Assembly (NCBI GenBank): GCA_016186325.1 | Contig: JACPLW010000002.1 | Location: 1,485 to 65,484, forward strand | Origin: Parcubacteria group bacterium | GTDB lineage: Bacteria > Patescibacteriota > Minisyncoccia > UBA10092 | Reading direction: 5' to 3' | DNA: 64,000 nt | Shown: positions 1 through 9,182 of the stretch, one piece after another | Layout: each line of letters starts with the position of its first letter | Position numbering within the stretch: the stretch's first letter is position 1 | Made by a program: the position numbers and the translations under genes | The notes under the pieces: generated by a model | Told to the model about the DNA's origin: nothing | What the model saw: only the letters and a program-made list of their open reading frames with translations | The model's database searches: none

Positions 1-261
1 GTTCGAGGCCCTGATGGGCCCTCAGGCCCTAGAAGGGAGCTTGTCGAGGGGTCGCCGACATTTTTTATTTCCGGATAGCGCGCAATTAAAGCATTGGCGA
101 TTGTTCTGCTTGGCTCGTTTATGGAAGGATGGACCGAGATTCCCGCTTGTTTGTTCAAAACCACAACATCGTTGTCTTCATAAACAATAATAAGCGGAAT
201 ATTAAAATCCGGTTTTAATTTTAGTTGACTAGTCATAACGTTTAAACCAAACCGTCTCAAT

Positions 262-900
262 TTAGTCGGGCTTGTATTGTTTAATATATTTATTTTCTTC
301 AATCTGTTCATATCCCATTTTTTTAGCTAATGTCGTGGTCAAACCTTCGTATTGTCTATCTGAATTTTGACTCCTGGAGTTATCAACAATTTCGCTTCGT
401 AAACCACTGGCAGAAATTTTATCAGAATATTTTTTCATAATATTTTTAATAATTCCCCCTCTCATTAATAGCATTGCGCTTCCATACCCCAATCCTTCGT
501 AATCTTTATTGGTTTCGAATTCTCCCTTTACAGTGTTTTTTTCGAAATTGAACATTAATCTTGTCATAGAAATTTCACCTTCGTTGAATAGGCTTGTATT
601 TCCGATATTTGCTGGTGGAACTTCTTGGAATAAACCGACCCTAATCCATATATTTCCGGATTTTCTTGGATAAATTTCATACAATAAAGTAAATATTTTT
701 CCATCAATTTCCAGCGATTCTTCGAAGCGTAGCTGTTCCTGTAATGTAGATTGTAAAAGTCTATATGCGTGCTCCAATATTTTTCTGGTTGATTCTTTAG
801 AAATTTCTCCCTCTATCTCGAAATAACTTAAAATAAGTTTTAATTCTTCAGAATCTATAGTTTCTAATTTATGTAAACTATTCTTTGGCTCTTGCTCCAT
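262..900 (-). CDS. GNAT-family N-acetyltransferase-like protein
   Basis: 212-aa ORF; GLGYGSAMLL resembles the GNAT acetyl-CoA motif (Q/RxxGxG/A); otherwise unassigned. Confidence 0.4.
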   Translation of the reverse strand: MEQEPKNSLHKLETIDSEELKLILSYFEIEGEISKESTRKILEHAYRLLQSTLQEQLRFEESLEIDGKIFTLLYEIYPRKSGNIWIRVGLFQEVPPANIGNTSLFNEGEISMTRLMFNFEKNTVKGEFETNKDYEGLGYGSAMLLMRGGIIKNIMKKYSDKISASGLRSEIVDNSRSQNSDRQYEGLTTTLAKKMGYEQIEENKYIKQYKPD

Positions 901-932
901 AATATATGTTAAAATATTTATTTTCTAAAATG

Positions 933-1004
933 TGGGCGCAGAAGGGATCGAACCTTCGATCTTTACAATGTCAATGTAACGCTTTACCACTAAGCTATGC
1001 GCCC
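933..1004 (-). tRNA. tRNA-Val (anticodon GAC)
   Basis: Reverse-complement folds as a cloverleaf: acceptor GGGCGCA/TGCGCCC, anticodon loop TTGACAT, T-loop TTCGATC. Confidence 0.8.
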
Positions 1005-1221
1005 TTATTAAATTATCAACTTAGTGGTGTTTTTTGATTGAAGTTCGAACATTTTTTGACGAAAATCCGAATTCCGAATTTTAAAATCCACTCGCTCGGG
1101 CGGGCAAAAAGGAAGAGGGTTGGGGGGGAAGGAATTTTTGCCCGCCCTCGCTTTCCGATTCCGATTTTCCCGCCGCCGAATTTCGTGCCAGTAAAACTGG
1201 CGCGCCGCTTACATTTAAAGA

Positions 1222-2400
1222 TTATAATTCTTTTCCCTCGGCTTCAACTTCTTTCTTAAATTTTACCTTATCCAAATTTTCCAGTTGCTTTTCCGTTAAT
1301 CTTACATCAACAATTTTTCCGATACCAACTTTTAGCCCGGTGGCATTTAATAATCTAATCAAGGCCAATTGGTTCATAAGCTGATTTCGCATTTTCTCGT
1401 CTTGATTCAAAAAATCTGGGTTTTCTTCCAGCGCACTCATAGCTTCTTCCATTACTTGTTTATTTTCACCCTTAACAACGCTACCGAGTTTAAATGTCCA
1501 TTTGCCGTCTTGTTGATGAAATAAAACATTTTCCTGACCAACTAAATCAATAAATTTGCCCGATGCTTCAAAATATTCCTTGAATCTCAATAAAAATTCT
1601 CTCGCACAATCTGCAAATTCTTTATCTTTATCCGCTAGCTCAAAAATTGGTTTCAGCTTTTCGTTAAATTTCAAAAAATCTTTTTCATCAAATTCACCAC
1701 CGCCTAAAAGTGCCCTATTCATTTTGTCATAGACTTCTCTATTTTCCTCAATAGATGGGTCTCGCTCGGTATAGCCAGCACTAAAATCTTTTTTATTCGG
1801 GTCTTTAAAAATATCACTCGCTTCCTGTATTGAAATTACACCCTCAATATTTTGCGAAATACCGTTCTGCTCAACACTTATTTTTTGCACCATTACTTTT
1901 TCACGCAAGCAATGTTCTTGTCCGAAATGTTTGTATAATTGTTCATTTTTACCATTTTCACCTTCTACGTATTCATCTGCCATTTTTCTTATTTCAGGGG
2001 GCAACTCAGCTTGTCCAATACTGCTCGCTTTTTCTAAAGCACTTCTATTTAACTTTATAACAAAAGCTGGATTTTGGGGATAAATAAAAACATCATGAGT
2101 GCCACCATGTCCGACTCTTTGCAACTGATTAAAATCAATAAATCCTTCTTTGTTTGGCAATTCACTTATAAAGGATTGAATTTTTATATCTTCACTTTCT
2201 ATGCCGAACTGCTCTCTAATCTCCTCAATCTTATTTTCGTCATCAATTTTTCTTTGGATAGCTTCTATTCGCTTGGTGTTATCAACGCCCTCTTCTTGTG
2301 GCGGTTGACTTGAAACTATTTCAGCTTGTGGTATTTCCGCGGCTTTCTTCTCTTCTTCCGGATTTTTTGGTTGCCTAAATTTTACTTCAAAATTTTCCAT
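1222..2400 (-). CDS. hypothetical protein with protein-kinase-like N-lobe signature
   Basis: 392 aa; glycine-rich loop VGHGGTHDVF followed by VIK lysine; later IDLVGQENVLF resembles a catalytic loop; acidic N-terminus; lies between duplicated tRNA-Val copies. Confidence 0.45.
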   Translation of the reverse strand: MENFEVKFRQPKNPEEEKKAAEIPQAEIVSSQPPQEEGVDNTKRIEAIQRKIDDENKIEEIREQFGIESEDIKIQSFISELPNKEGFIDFNQLQRVGHGGTHDVFIYPQNPAFVIKLNRSALEKASSIGQAELPPEIRKMADEYVEGENGKNEQLYKHFGQEHCLREKVMVQKISVEQNGISQNIEGVISIQEASDIFKDPNKKDFSAGYTERDPSIEENREVYDKMNRALLGGGEFDEKDFLKFNEKLKPIFELADKDKEFADCAREFLLRFKEYFEASGKFIDLVGQENVLFHQQDGKWTFKLGSVVKGENKQVMEEAMSALEENPDFLNQDEKMRNQLMNQLALIRLLNATGLKVGIGKIVDVRLTEKQLENLDKVKFKKEVEAEGKEL

Positions 2401-2470
2401 AAAATTATTTCATTAAATCATCAATTGAAACACCTAGCCCTTTAGCAATTTTCGCCATAGTTTCAATTTG

Positions 2471-2545
2471 TGGGCGCATCTGGATTTGAACCAGAGACCT
2501 TCTCAATGTCAATGAGACGCTCTAACCGGGCTGAGCTATGCGCCC
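2471..2545 (-). tRNA. tRNA-Val (anticodon GAC), second diverged copy
   Basis: Cloverleaf on minus strand; anticodon loop TTGACAT; shares 5' 12 nt and 23-nt upstream flank with the copy at 933-1004. Confidence 0.8.
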
Positions 2546-2565
2546 TTATTAAATTATCAACTTAG

Positions 2566-2637
2566 TGGGCGCACTAGGATTCGAACCTAGAACCGGTCGT
2601 GTATAAGACGACTGCTCTGCCATTGAGCTATACGCCC
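2566..2637 (-). tRNA. tRNA-Ile (anticodon UAU)
   Basis: Minus-strand cloverleaf GGGCGTA...TGCGCCC; anticodon stem GTCGT/ACGAC; loop CTTATAC gives anticodon TAT. Confidence 0.65.
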
Positions 2638-2662
2638 GTTCAATCTATCATAATTTACAACA

Positions 2663-2690
2663 AAAATCCCGCTTTGGCAACGGGATTTTT
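2663..2690 (-). terminator. intrinsic terminator hairpin (bidirectional) downstream of ftsH
   Basis: AAAAATCCCG-CTTTGGCAA-CGGGATTTTT with flanking T/A runs. Confidence 0.6.
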
Positions 2691-2737
2691 GTTATTCCGA
2701 TTTTTAAATAAAAAATGATAAATAAATTATTTTCCGA

Positions 2738-2802
2738 AGCTTATGAAAGCGTTTTAGCATGGTTTCACCCCGCAGTTGCGGGGTGAATAAAACGCTTTCA
2801 TC
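2738..2802. repeat. nested palindrome containing a family-A hairpin (CACCCCGCAGTTGCGGGGTG)
   Basis: Outer arms ATGAAAGCGTTTTA / TAAAACGCTTTCAT enclose the inner CCCCGCAGTTGCGGGG palindrome. Confidence 0.6.
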
Positions 2803-2896
2803 GGACAGCGAGGTCGCCGCTGGGCGAATGAGCGCGCGAGAAAAATGATTTATTTATTATTTTAGCGCGCGAAGAAAAATGTGGCGAGAATTCCAA

Positions 2897-4738
2897 TTAC
2901 GCCCCAACCATAATCGCTTCAAACTCATCCCGTTCAATCGTTTCTTTTTCTATCAGCCGCATGGCAATTTCTTTAAGTTTTTTCCTTCTTTGGGAAATGA
3001 TTTTCTTTGCCGTGTCATAAGCAATAGAAAGAAAACTCGTAATTTCTCTGTCAATAAGCTGGGCTACCGATTCTGAATAGTTTTTTTCTGATCCGAGTCC
3101 TCTGCCTAGAAACACCATTTCGTTTTCTTCGCCCAAAGAAATTGGGCCTAGTTTTTCCGACATCCCAAATTCGGTAACCAACTTTCTCGCCAGGTCGGTT
3201 GCTTTTTTAAGATCACTCGCGGCACCGGTAGTAAGTTCTTTGAAAACAATTTTTTCGGCCGCATAGCCCCCCATCAAAACGGCAAGATCGGCCAAAAATT
3301 GGCCTTTGGAATGAAGATGGCGGTCTTCAATCGGGAGCTTTAAAGTATAGCCGGCGGCACTGCCACGGGAAACAATCGAAATTTTATGAACCGGGTCGGC
3401 ATTGGGCAAAACGCCGGCAACCAACGCATGGCCCGCTTCGTGATAAGAAGCAATTTCTTTTTCTTTTTCTGAAAGAATGTGGCTTTTGCGTTCCGGCCCT
3501 AAAAGAACTTTTTCAATGGCATAGTAAAAAGTTTCTTGCTCAACGATTTTTTTGTTCTGGCGGGCGGTTAAAATCGCCGCCTCGTTTATGACGTTAGCCA
3601 AATCGGCGCCGGAAAAACCCGGAGTTCTTTCGGCAACCCTTCTCAAGTTAACTTCCGGAGCCATGGGCTTATCAAGCGCGTGGATTTTTAAAATCGCCTC
3701 GCGATCGTTTATATCCGGAATATCAATCATGATTCGGCGGTCAAACCGTCCGGGGCGAAGCAACGCTGGATCCAAAATGTCGGGACGGTTTGTAGCCGCC
3801 ACAATAATAACGTTGGTCTCACGGTCAAACCCGTCCATTTCAACTAGAATTTGATTGAGCGTTTGCTCTCTTTCATCATGACCGCCGCCAAGGCCCGCGC
3901 CTCTTTGCCTGCCAACCGCGTCAATTTCGTCAATAAAAATGATAGAAGGTGCGAATTTTTTTGCCATATTGAATAAATCTCTAACTCTTGAAGCGCCAAC
4001 CCCGACAAACATTTCCACAAACTCGGAACCGGAAATGTAGAAAAAAGGCACGTTGGCTTCGCCGGCAACAGCTCGAGCTAAGAGGGTTTTGCCGGTGCCC
4101 GGCGCGCCTACAAGAAGAGCGCCTCTTGGAATTCTGGCGCCAATATCTAAAAATTTTTTTGGATTTTTCAAAAAATCAACAATTTCAACGAGTTCTTCCT
4201 TGGCTTCGTTCGCTCCGGCAACATCGGAAAACATAACTTTTTTGCGTCCATCAAACGGCCCGGAAAGTTTGGCTTGCGATTTGCCAAATGAAAATGCACC
4301 CATATTGGCGCGACCGGCCTGCCGCATCATGTACCATATTAAAAATCCGACGAAGATAAACGGCAAAATAATGGGAAGAACCGTGCCGGCCCAAAAACTA
4401 AAACCAACGCTTTGTTCAACTTGAATATTTACATTTTTTAACTTAGCGCCGTCAACGCCATAGTTTTTCAGGGTTTCGGAGAGCGAACTTTCAATTTCTT
4501 TTTTGGCAAAAAATTTATCGTTGTTTTTAGAAGTTATTTCCAAATCATCGTTTTTAACGACAATTTTCGAGATTTCTTCGTTATTTATTTTACTAACCAG
4601 CTCGGAAAGAGCAATCACGTTCGGCTTTTCAAAAGCCGAATTAAGATAAGCAAAAATAAACGCGATCAAAAATAACGCGCCCAAGACAATAAGAATCTGA
4701 TTGATAAACTTTTTATAATTGAATTTAATTATTTTCAT
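2897..4738 (-). CDS. ftsH: ATP-dependent zinc metalloprotease FtsH
   Basis: 613 aa; N-terminal TM segments; Walker A GAPGTGKT; Walker B IIFIDEID; zinc motif HEAGHA. Confidence 0.95.
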   Translation of the reverse strand: MKIIKFNYKKFINQILIVLGALFLIAFIFAYLNSAFEKPNVIALSELVSKINNEEISKIVVKNDDLEITSKNNDKFFAKKEIESSLSETLKNYGVDGAKLKNVNIQVEQSVGFSFWAGTVLPIILPFIFVGFLIWYMMRQAGRANMGAFSFGKSQAKLSGPFDGRKKVMFSDVAGANEAKEELVEIVDFLKNPKKFLDIGARIPRGALLVGAPGTGKTLLARAVAGEANVPFFYISGSEFVEMFVGVGASRVRDLFNMAKKFAPSIIFIDEIDAVGRQRGAGLGGGHDEREQTLNQILVEMDGFDRETNVIIVAATNRPDILDPALLRPGRFDRRIMIDIPDINDREAILKIHALDKPMAPEVNLRRVAERTPGFSGADLANVINEAAILTARQNKKIVEQETFYYAIEKVLLGPERKSHILSEKEKEIASYHEAGHALVAGVLPNADPVHKISIVSRGSAAGYTLKLPIEDRHLHSKGQFLADLAVLMGGYAAEKIVFKELTTGAASDLKKATDLARKLVTEFGMSEKLGPISLGEENEMVFLGRGLGSEKNYSESVAQLIDREITSFLSIAYDTAKKIISQRRKKLKEIAMRLIEKETIERDEFEAIMVGA

Positions 4739-4789
4739 AATCGGTTTTTGGTTATATTATCATAAAATTCAGAAATAGGCAATTTAATA

Positions 4790-4857
4790 CCCCGTCCCGC
4801 AGCCCCGACGTTGTAGTCGGGGCTCCGACCATAATGCGTCGGAGCTGCGGGACGGGG
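4790..4857. repeat. composite multi-hairpin element (family A outer stem plus two inner hairpins)
   Basis: CCCCGTCCCGCAGC [CCCGAC..GTCGGG] [CTCCGAC..GTCGGAG] CTGCGGGACGGGG; second copy of the same architecture at 54098-54155. Confidence 0.6.
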
Positions 4858-4870
4858 TTATCCTAGAATC

Positions 4871-6208
4871 TTACAAATCTCTAATTTCTTGGCCATTATA
4901 ACCGCCTAAAACTCGAATACATTGGTTATGATCTCTAATTTTCCTCATCAGCCCTTGAAAAGCTGAAAGAGTGGCATGGGTAACAATTACCTGCCACGGA
5001 TTTATCTTGTATACCCATTCAGACAGCTCTTTTCCGGAAGCATGCGACGAGAGATGAAATCTCTCCACATCGCAATGTCTGGGAATTTGCTGACGGTTTA
5101 CTTGGAACTGATGGCCGCGCTCAAGCTCTAAGAGCCGCCGGCCGCCGGTGCCCTCTACTTGATAACCCGGCAAAAGCACCGCGCTTTTATGGTCTGTCAG
5201 AATGTGGGGCAGATAAAACATCGCGAGTCCGCCCTCAAGCATTCCATGGGAAGAAACGATTACCGCCGGACCGCTTTTAAGAAGTTCTTGGCGGTAAGCG
5301 TAGGCCTCTTCCTGCTCTTCGGGAACGGCAATCAAATTTCTGGGAAAAGCTAAGCCATTATCATTAGGACTCCATTCATTAGAGTCGTTGATGATACCGG
5401 CCGCCGTTCTAATCATCCCATCAATATGAACCGGAACATCAATTCCGGCCTTGGCTAAGCCATTGGCCAAAATAATGCCTATGTTCGGTCCAGTGATGGA
5501 AAAAGACGGGACCAAAACCTTTCCACCCCGGCCTAGAATCCCGATAACCCGATTAACAAACCGTTGTTCCTCATGTTCACGGTCCGGCAAATTCCGGTCG
5601 CCGTAAGTTCCCTCCGTGATTAAAACCTCCGGAGAAAAAATATCATTGATAACTTCAGCCCCCTTAATGGTCGGCTGGTCGTGAAAACTAATGTCTCCCG
5701 AATGAGTTATCCTAAAACCGCTTGGGGAAACGATATCGATGCTCGCCGCTCCATTAATGTGGCCGGATGACCGAAATCTCATTTTCCAGCCCGGCCAAGG
5801 CGAAAACCATTCCGGCTTATGGACTAACTTAAATCTTTTGGGACTCACCGCCTTACTTATATCGGAAGCGGAGAAATATATATCAACTTTTTCTCCTCTA
5901 TCCAGTTTACGAGTTACGACTTTGTAAGAATCCCACAAAAGCATGCGGGTAAAGCGCCAAGTAACTTTGGTGCTGTAAACAGGCGTATCGGGATGCGCGT
6001 TCGTAAAAAGAGGCAGCATTCCGATGTGGTCAAGATGGCCGTGAGTTAAAAGCAACGCATCAACATGGCCTTCCACTATCGGCGGAGGCAAAATCTTTCC
6101 GCCTCTTTGCACTGCTCCGCAGTCAATAACAATCCTTTTGTTGTCAAGTTCAATTAAGTAATGAGACCCCGAGATGGGGACTCCGCCACTGAGCGCAGTA
6201 AACCTCAC
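4871..6208 (-). CDS. MBL-fold beta-CASP ribonuclease (RNase J / CPSF-like)
   Basis: 445 aa; metallo-beta-lactamase motif HGHLDHIG; beta-CASP-like C-terminal region. Confidence 0.65.
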   Translation of the reverse strand: MRFTALSGGVPISGSHYLIELDNKRIVIDCGAVQRGGKILPPPIVEGHVDALLLTHGHLDHIGMLPLFTNAHPDTPVYSTKVTWRFTRMLLWDSYKVVTRKLDRGEKVDIYFSASDISKAVSPKRFKLVHKPEWFSPWPGWKMRFRSSGHINGAASIDIVSPSGFRITHSGDISFHDQPTIKGAEVINDIFSPEVLITEGTYGDRNLPDREHEEQRFVNRVIGILGRGGKVLVPSFSITGPNIGIILANGLAKAGIDVPVHIDGMIRTAAGIINDSNEWSPNDNGLAFPRNLIAVPEEQEEAYAYRQELLKSGPAVIVSSHGMLEGGLAMFYLPHILTDHKSAVLLPGYQVEGTGGRRLLELERGHQFQVNRQQIPRHCDVERFHLSSHASGKELSEWVYKINPWQVIVTHATLSAFQGLMRKIRDHNQCIRVLGGYNGQEIRDL

Positions 6209-6394
6209 CTTTCCCTCCTTTTGGGCTTTTCTTAAGTTTTTTATTTATTTTAAAACTGATATAAAAGAGCTGATAAATATCATTTATCCCAGGAATGTTG
6301 GAAACCGAGCTTCCAACATGATAGATAACATTTATCAGGTCTTTTTAAAAATTTTCCCGCCTTTGGCGGGATCAGCCTCGGGCTGAAAAAATTT

Positions 6395-6425
6395 GGGGCG
6401 GCGAGACCGAGTGTCTCGCCGCCCC
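6395..6425 (-). terminator. intrinsic terminator of GC-rich gene 6453-7508
   Basis: GGGGCGGCGAGAC-CGAGT-GTCTCGCCGCCCC followed on the minus strand by CCAAATTTTTTC. Confidence 0.6.
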
Positions 6426-6452
6426 GCCGCCCCCGCCAATTGCGAAGGGTTA

Positions 6453-7508
6453 TTACTTCTTGCCGCGAGCGCGGTCGCGCTTCCAGTCGGAACTCTTATG
6501 AGTTCCGAACTCAGCGCCGAAGGTGCGCCGGTTCGCGGCGCCGCCTTCCAGCGAGCGCGCCTGGCTGACGCGCCCGGCGCTCTCCGCCTCACGCTTGACC
6601 ACGAGGCGAAGCCCCGCGACCGTATAGAACGTGAGAACTGCCCGCCGCTCCACCCAGTCAGGGTGGTCTTGCGGCAGATCCTTGCGGGCCCGGAAGTCCT
6701 CGAGGGCCTCCGAGCGGCACGTGCCGCAGCAGCGAATGCCGTAGGCGAGCGTCTTGCCCGCCTCCTCGATCTTGACCACTCCCGGAGGGATTTCTCCCGG
6801 AGGGATTTCCCACGGGAAGTTCTCCGCGTCGGCGCGGAGAAGCTCGCCGGCGACGATGTCGCCGCCGTCGCCCTTGCCGTGCTGACGGCGGTGAAGCTTG
6901 CCATCGTCTCCCCGCTCGAGGAGGAAACGCTGGGTCAGCTCCACCGGCTCGTTGTAACCGCGATGCCGCGGAGTGGCGCACGGCATCTTCTTGCCGGCCA
7001 CGAGCGGATCGGGATCCGGCTGCTCGGCGACCAGCTCCGCGATCGCCGCCTTCTCCGCGGCCAGCTCGGAAAGATAGTGCCTGAACATGGACCGGGTGAT
7101 CTCCACCCCGTCCTTGGCCTCGGCAGCAAACCGCTGCCGAATCCCACGGACCGTCGCCTGGCCCTTGTAGAGCCCGGCGTCCCAGTCCGCCTGCATCTCG
7201 CTGTCGAAGAGCAGCCGGTCGTCGTTGGCCGGCCTGCTGCTGCCGTCCTTCTCGGCCTTCTCGCGCTTGCCGCGCGAGATGATCTCGGCCGTCGCAGCCT
7301 CGATCTCAGCCACGGTCACGTCGGCCGGCATCCGCGGCTTGACCACCTCCGAGGCGGCCCACACCGCGAAACCGAGCGACCACCCCTGCTTCTCGGCGAT
7401 ACGCTTGAGCGCCTCGATGACGCCCTGCTGGCTGAACCGCTTCTTGTCATCCGCTGCTACAACTATCTTCCTGGGCTTGGCCATGATTGGCCTCCGTTGT
7501 CCCGCCAA
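6453..7508 (-). CDS. hypothetical protein (GC-rich island gene, no recognisable family)
   Basis: 351-aa ORF; SD ACGGAGG 7 nt before ATG; strongly GC-rich unlike its flanks; tandem 15-bp duplication encodes PGEIPPGEIP; own consensus promoter and terminator. Confidence 0.5.
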   Translation of the reverse strand: MAGQRRPIMAKPRKIVVAADDKKRFSQQGVIEALKRIAEKQGWSLGFAVWAASEVVKPRMPADVTVAEIEAATAEIISRGKREKAEKDGSSRPANDDRLLFDSEMQADWDAGLYKGQATVRGIRQRFAAEAKDGVEITRSMFRHYLSELAAEKAAIAELVAEQPDPDPLVAGKKMPCATPRHRGYNEPVELTQRFLLERGDDGKLHRRQHGKGDGGDIVAGELLRADAENFPWEIPPGEIPPGVVKIEEAGKTLAYGIRCCGTCRSEALEDFRARKDLPQDHPDWVERRAVLTFYTVAGLRLVVKREAESAGRVSQARSLEGGAANRRTFGAEFGTHKSSDWKRDRARGKK

Positions 7509-7594
7509 AGGCAGGGACTTTTGTATTGGTTGTCGCTCTTGAGGGCCGTTATTGGCCTCTTGAGCTTAAACCCTGTTTAGGAACTATTAACCAC

Positions 7595-7622
7595 ATTATA
7601 TCAAATATACAGAATATGTCAA
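7595..7622 (-). promoter_or_regulatory. consensus sigma70 promoter (TTGACA-16-TATAAT) driving GC-rich gene 6453-7508
   Basis: Minus strand reads TTGACAtattctgtatatttgaTATAAT. Confidence 0.6.
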
Positions 7623-7648
7623 GTACCTACTTATGCCGGCAGGTAGGC

Positions 7649-7677
7649 TTGACAATATAGCTAAAAAGGCGTACTAT
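7649..7677 (+). promoter_or_regulatory. sigma70-like promoter (TTGACA-17-TACTAT) for the NUDIX gene, divergent from the previous promoter
   Basis: TTGACAatatagctaaaaaggcgTACTAT; the two divergent -35 boxes sit in an inverted repeat TGTCAAGTACCTAC / GTAGGCTTGACA. Confidence 0.5.
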
Positions 7678-7799
7678 AAAAACAATCCGAGCACCTGCTT
7701 TCGCTCGTCGTCGGCGGATCGTGTTTCGCCGAAGCCGAGCTTCAGCGAGGCGAAGGCGGGGAAGATTCTTTGACAACAATAATAAACAAGGAAGAGGCG

Positions 7800-8531
7800 A
7801 TGGAAACACTGCCTAAAACGATGTCTTGTTTCGGAGTGATTATAGAACATAATCAAAGCCCGCCAAGAATTTATCTGGTCCATAATACCGCAGACCCTTT
7901 GGGGCCGAATGGCGAGGAAGGCAAGCCGACTGGCTGGGGACTTCCCGGCGGCGGCAGTTTGGATGGCGAAAGCCCTGATGAAACTGTTCGCCGAGAAGTG
8001 CTTGGCGAAGCCGGATTGGTTACCGAAATTGCGACACGAGGAAAAAATTCCGAATTCGGCGAAATCCTTTTTGAAGATAAACCGCTCATCAATAACAAAG
8101 TTTACATTTTTCATCTTAAAAGGATTGGCGAGGGATTTAGAAATATTGAGGAAACCGGCGAAACCGGAAGGGTTATGCTGGCAGATTTGGGAAGCATTCT
8201 AAAAATGCCCTTGGCTATTAAGAACATCCGTCATGAAGACGGAACAACGGAACAAATCAAAAACCCGGAAGGGATTTATTTTTCCGTCAGAGAAAGAATT
8301 TTCGGGGTACTGGATTATCTGGGTTATGATTTTTATAATCTCATTCCCGATCTTGATAAACTAATCAGTGAAATCAGCCGAAAGGAAGTCGGTAATTACA
8401 TTTACAACTTGCTTGCCGAGGTGATTGCAAAAAAGAATGAACTTTACGAGCGCCGGGCGCGGCGTCTGCGACCTGACGACGACGAGCTTTTGGAAAGATA
8501 CAGCGAGTGGGCCGTAAGGCAGGAGGGATGA
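7800..8531 (+). CDS. NUDIX hydrolase
   Basis: Nudix box GWGLPGGGSLDGESPDETVRREVLGEAGL; SD AAGGAAGAGG precedes ATG 7800 (the ORF track starts at TTG 7770). Confidence 0.8.
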   Translation: METLPKTMSCFGVIIEHNQSPPRIYLVHNTADPLGPNGEEGKPTGWGLPGGGSLDGESPDETVRREVLGEAGLVTEIATRGKNSEFGEILFEDKPLINNKVYIFHLKRIGEGFRNIEETGETGRVMLADLGSILKMPLAIKNIRHEDGTTEQIKNPEGIYFSVRERIFGVLDYLGYDFYNLIPDLDKLISEISRKEVGNYIYNLLAEVIAKKNELYERRARRLRPDDDELLERYSEWAVRQEG

Positions 8532-8533
8532 CA

Positions 8534-9142
8534 ATGGGAGAGCAAAAGTTCGTCAGAATGTTTGGCCGACCCGAAATCCACATTACCGCCTGCGCTGTTA
8601 CCAGAGATCGGGATTTCAACAATGTTATTAGCGACATTATTATTGAGACCAACCAGTTTTGGGACAGATATCCTCCTCATCATGAAAGAGCGTTGCTTAA
8701 AATGTATCAACAGAACCCGGGAAAGAACCTGATTTGTAACGATAGTACTCAAACCCTAAGAATCCCGATGTTGTTTTTGGGCAATAATTCCAACGATGGC
8801 TGGGGAGAATTGCAATTCCTTATTAAAGCGCCGAGATTGGTGAGACTAGCCCGTCACCGCTGTTTTGATACCAGGGTCAATCAATGGGTTCCAGAAACTA
8901 AACTGATCCAGCCAAAAACCAATATGGAAACCCACGCTTATCTGGCCCTGCGGTTTTACCACAATAGTTATCTGCCGCCGAAGATGCCGAAAACGCGGCG
9001 ATGGTACTTTGAGCCGGTATATGTGTCAATAAGAAATTCGGATTTTTACAAAATTGATGTTTTGTGGGAAAAGGAAAAAATCAAGATTACGGTAACCGTA
9101 TTAGACAAAAATTCGCCCGAAATTCCGAAACATTTGAGGTAA
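8534..9142 (+). CDS. hypothetical protein
   Basis: SD AGGAGGG 4 nt before ATG 8534; about 203 aa; no recognisable motif. Confidence 0.55.
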   Translation: MGEQKFVRMFGRPEIHITACAVTRDRDFNNVISDIIIETNQFWDRYPPHHERALLKMYQQNPGKNLICNDSTQTLRIPMLFLGNNSNDGWGELQFLIKAPRLVRLARHRCFDTRVNQWVPETKLIQPKTNMETHAYLALRFYHNSYLPPKMPKTRRWYFEPVYVSIRNSDFYKIDVLWEKEKIKITVTVLDKNSPEIPKHLR

Positions 9143-9152
9143 ATAAATTCGC

Positions 9153-9178
9153 CCCGTCTGCAATTTGCAGGACGGGGT
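9153..9178. terminator. bidirectional terminator hairpin (family A variant CCCCGTCTGCAA..TTGCAGGACGGGG)
   Basis: GC stem followed by TATTTTT on plus and TTTATTT on minus. Confidence 0.6.
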
Positions 9179-9182
9179 ATTT

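Noticed and set aside
1038-1259. 73-aa plus-strand ORF upstream of tRNA-Val
   Set aside because: Runs through the hairpin and direct-repeat element; low-complexity translation; no SD.
6393-7580. 395-aa plus-strand ORF covering the whole GC-rich island
   Set aside because: R/L/A/G-dominated, typical antisense artefact of GC-rich DNA. The minus-strand ORF 6453-7508 has a proper SD, promoter, terminator and normal composition.
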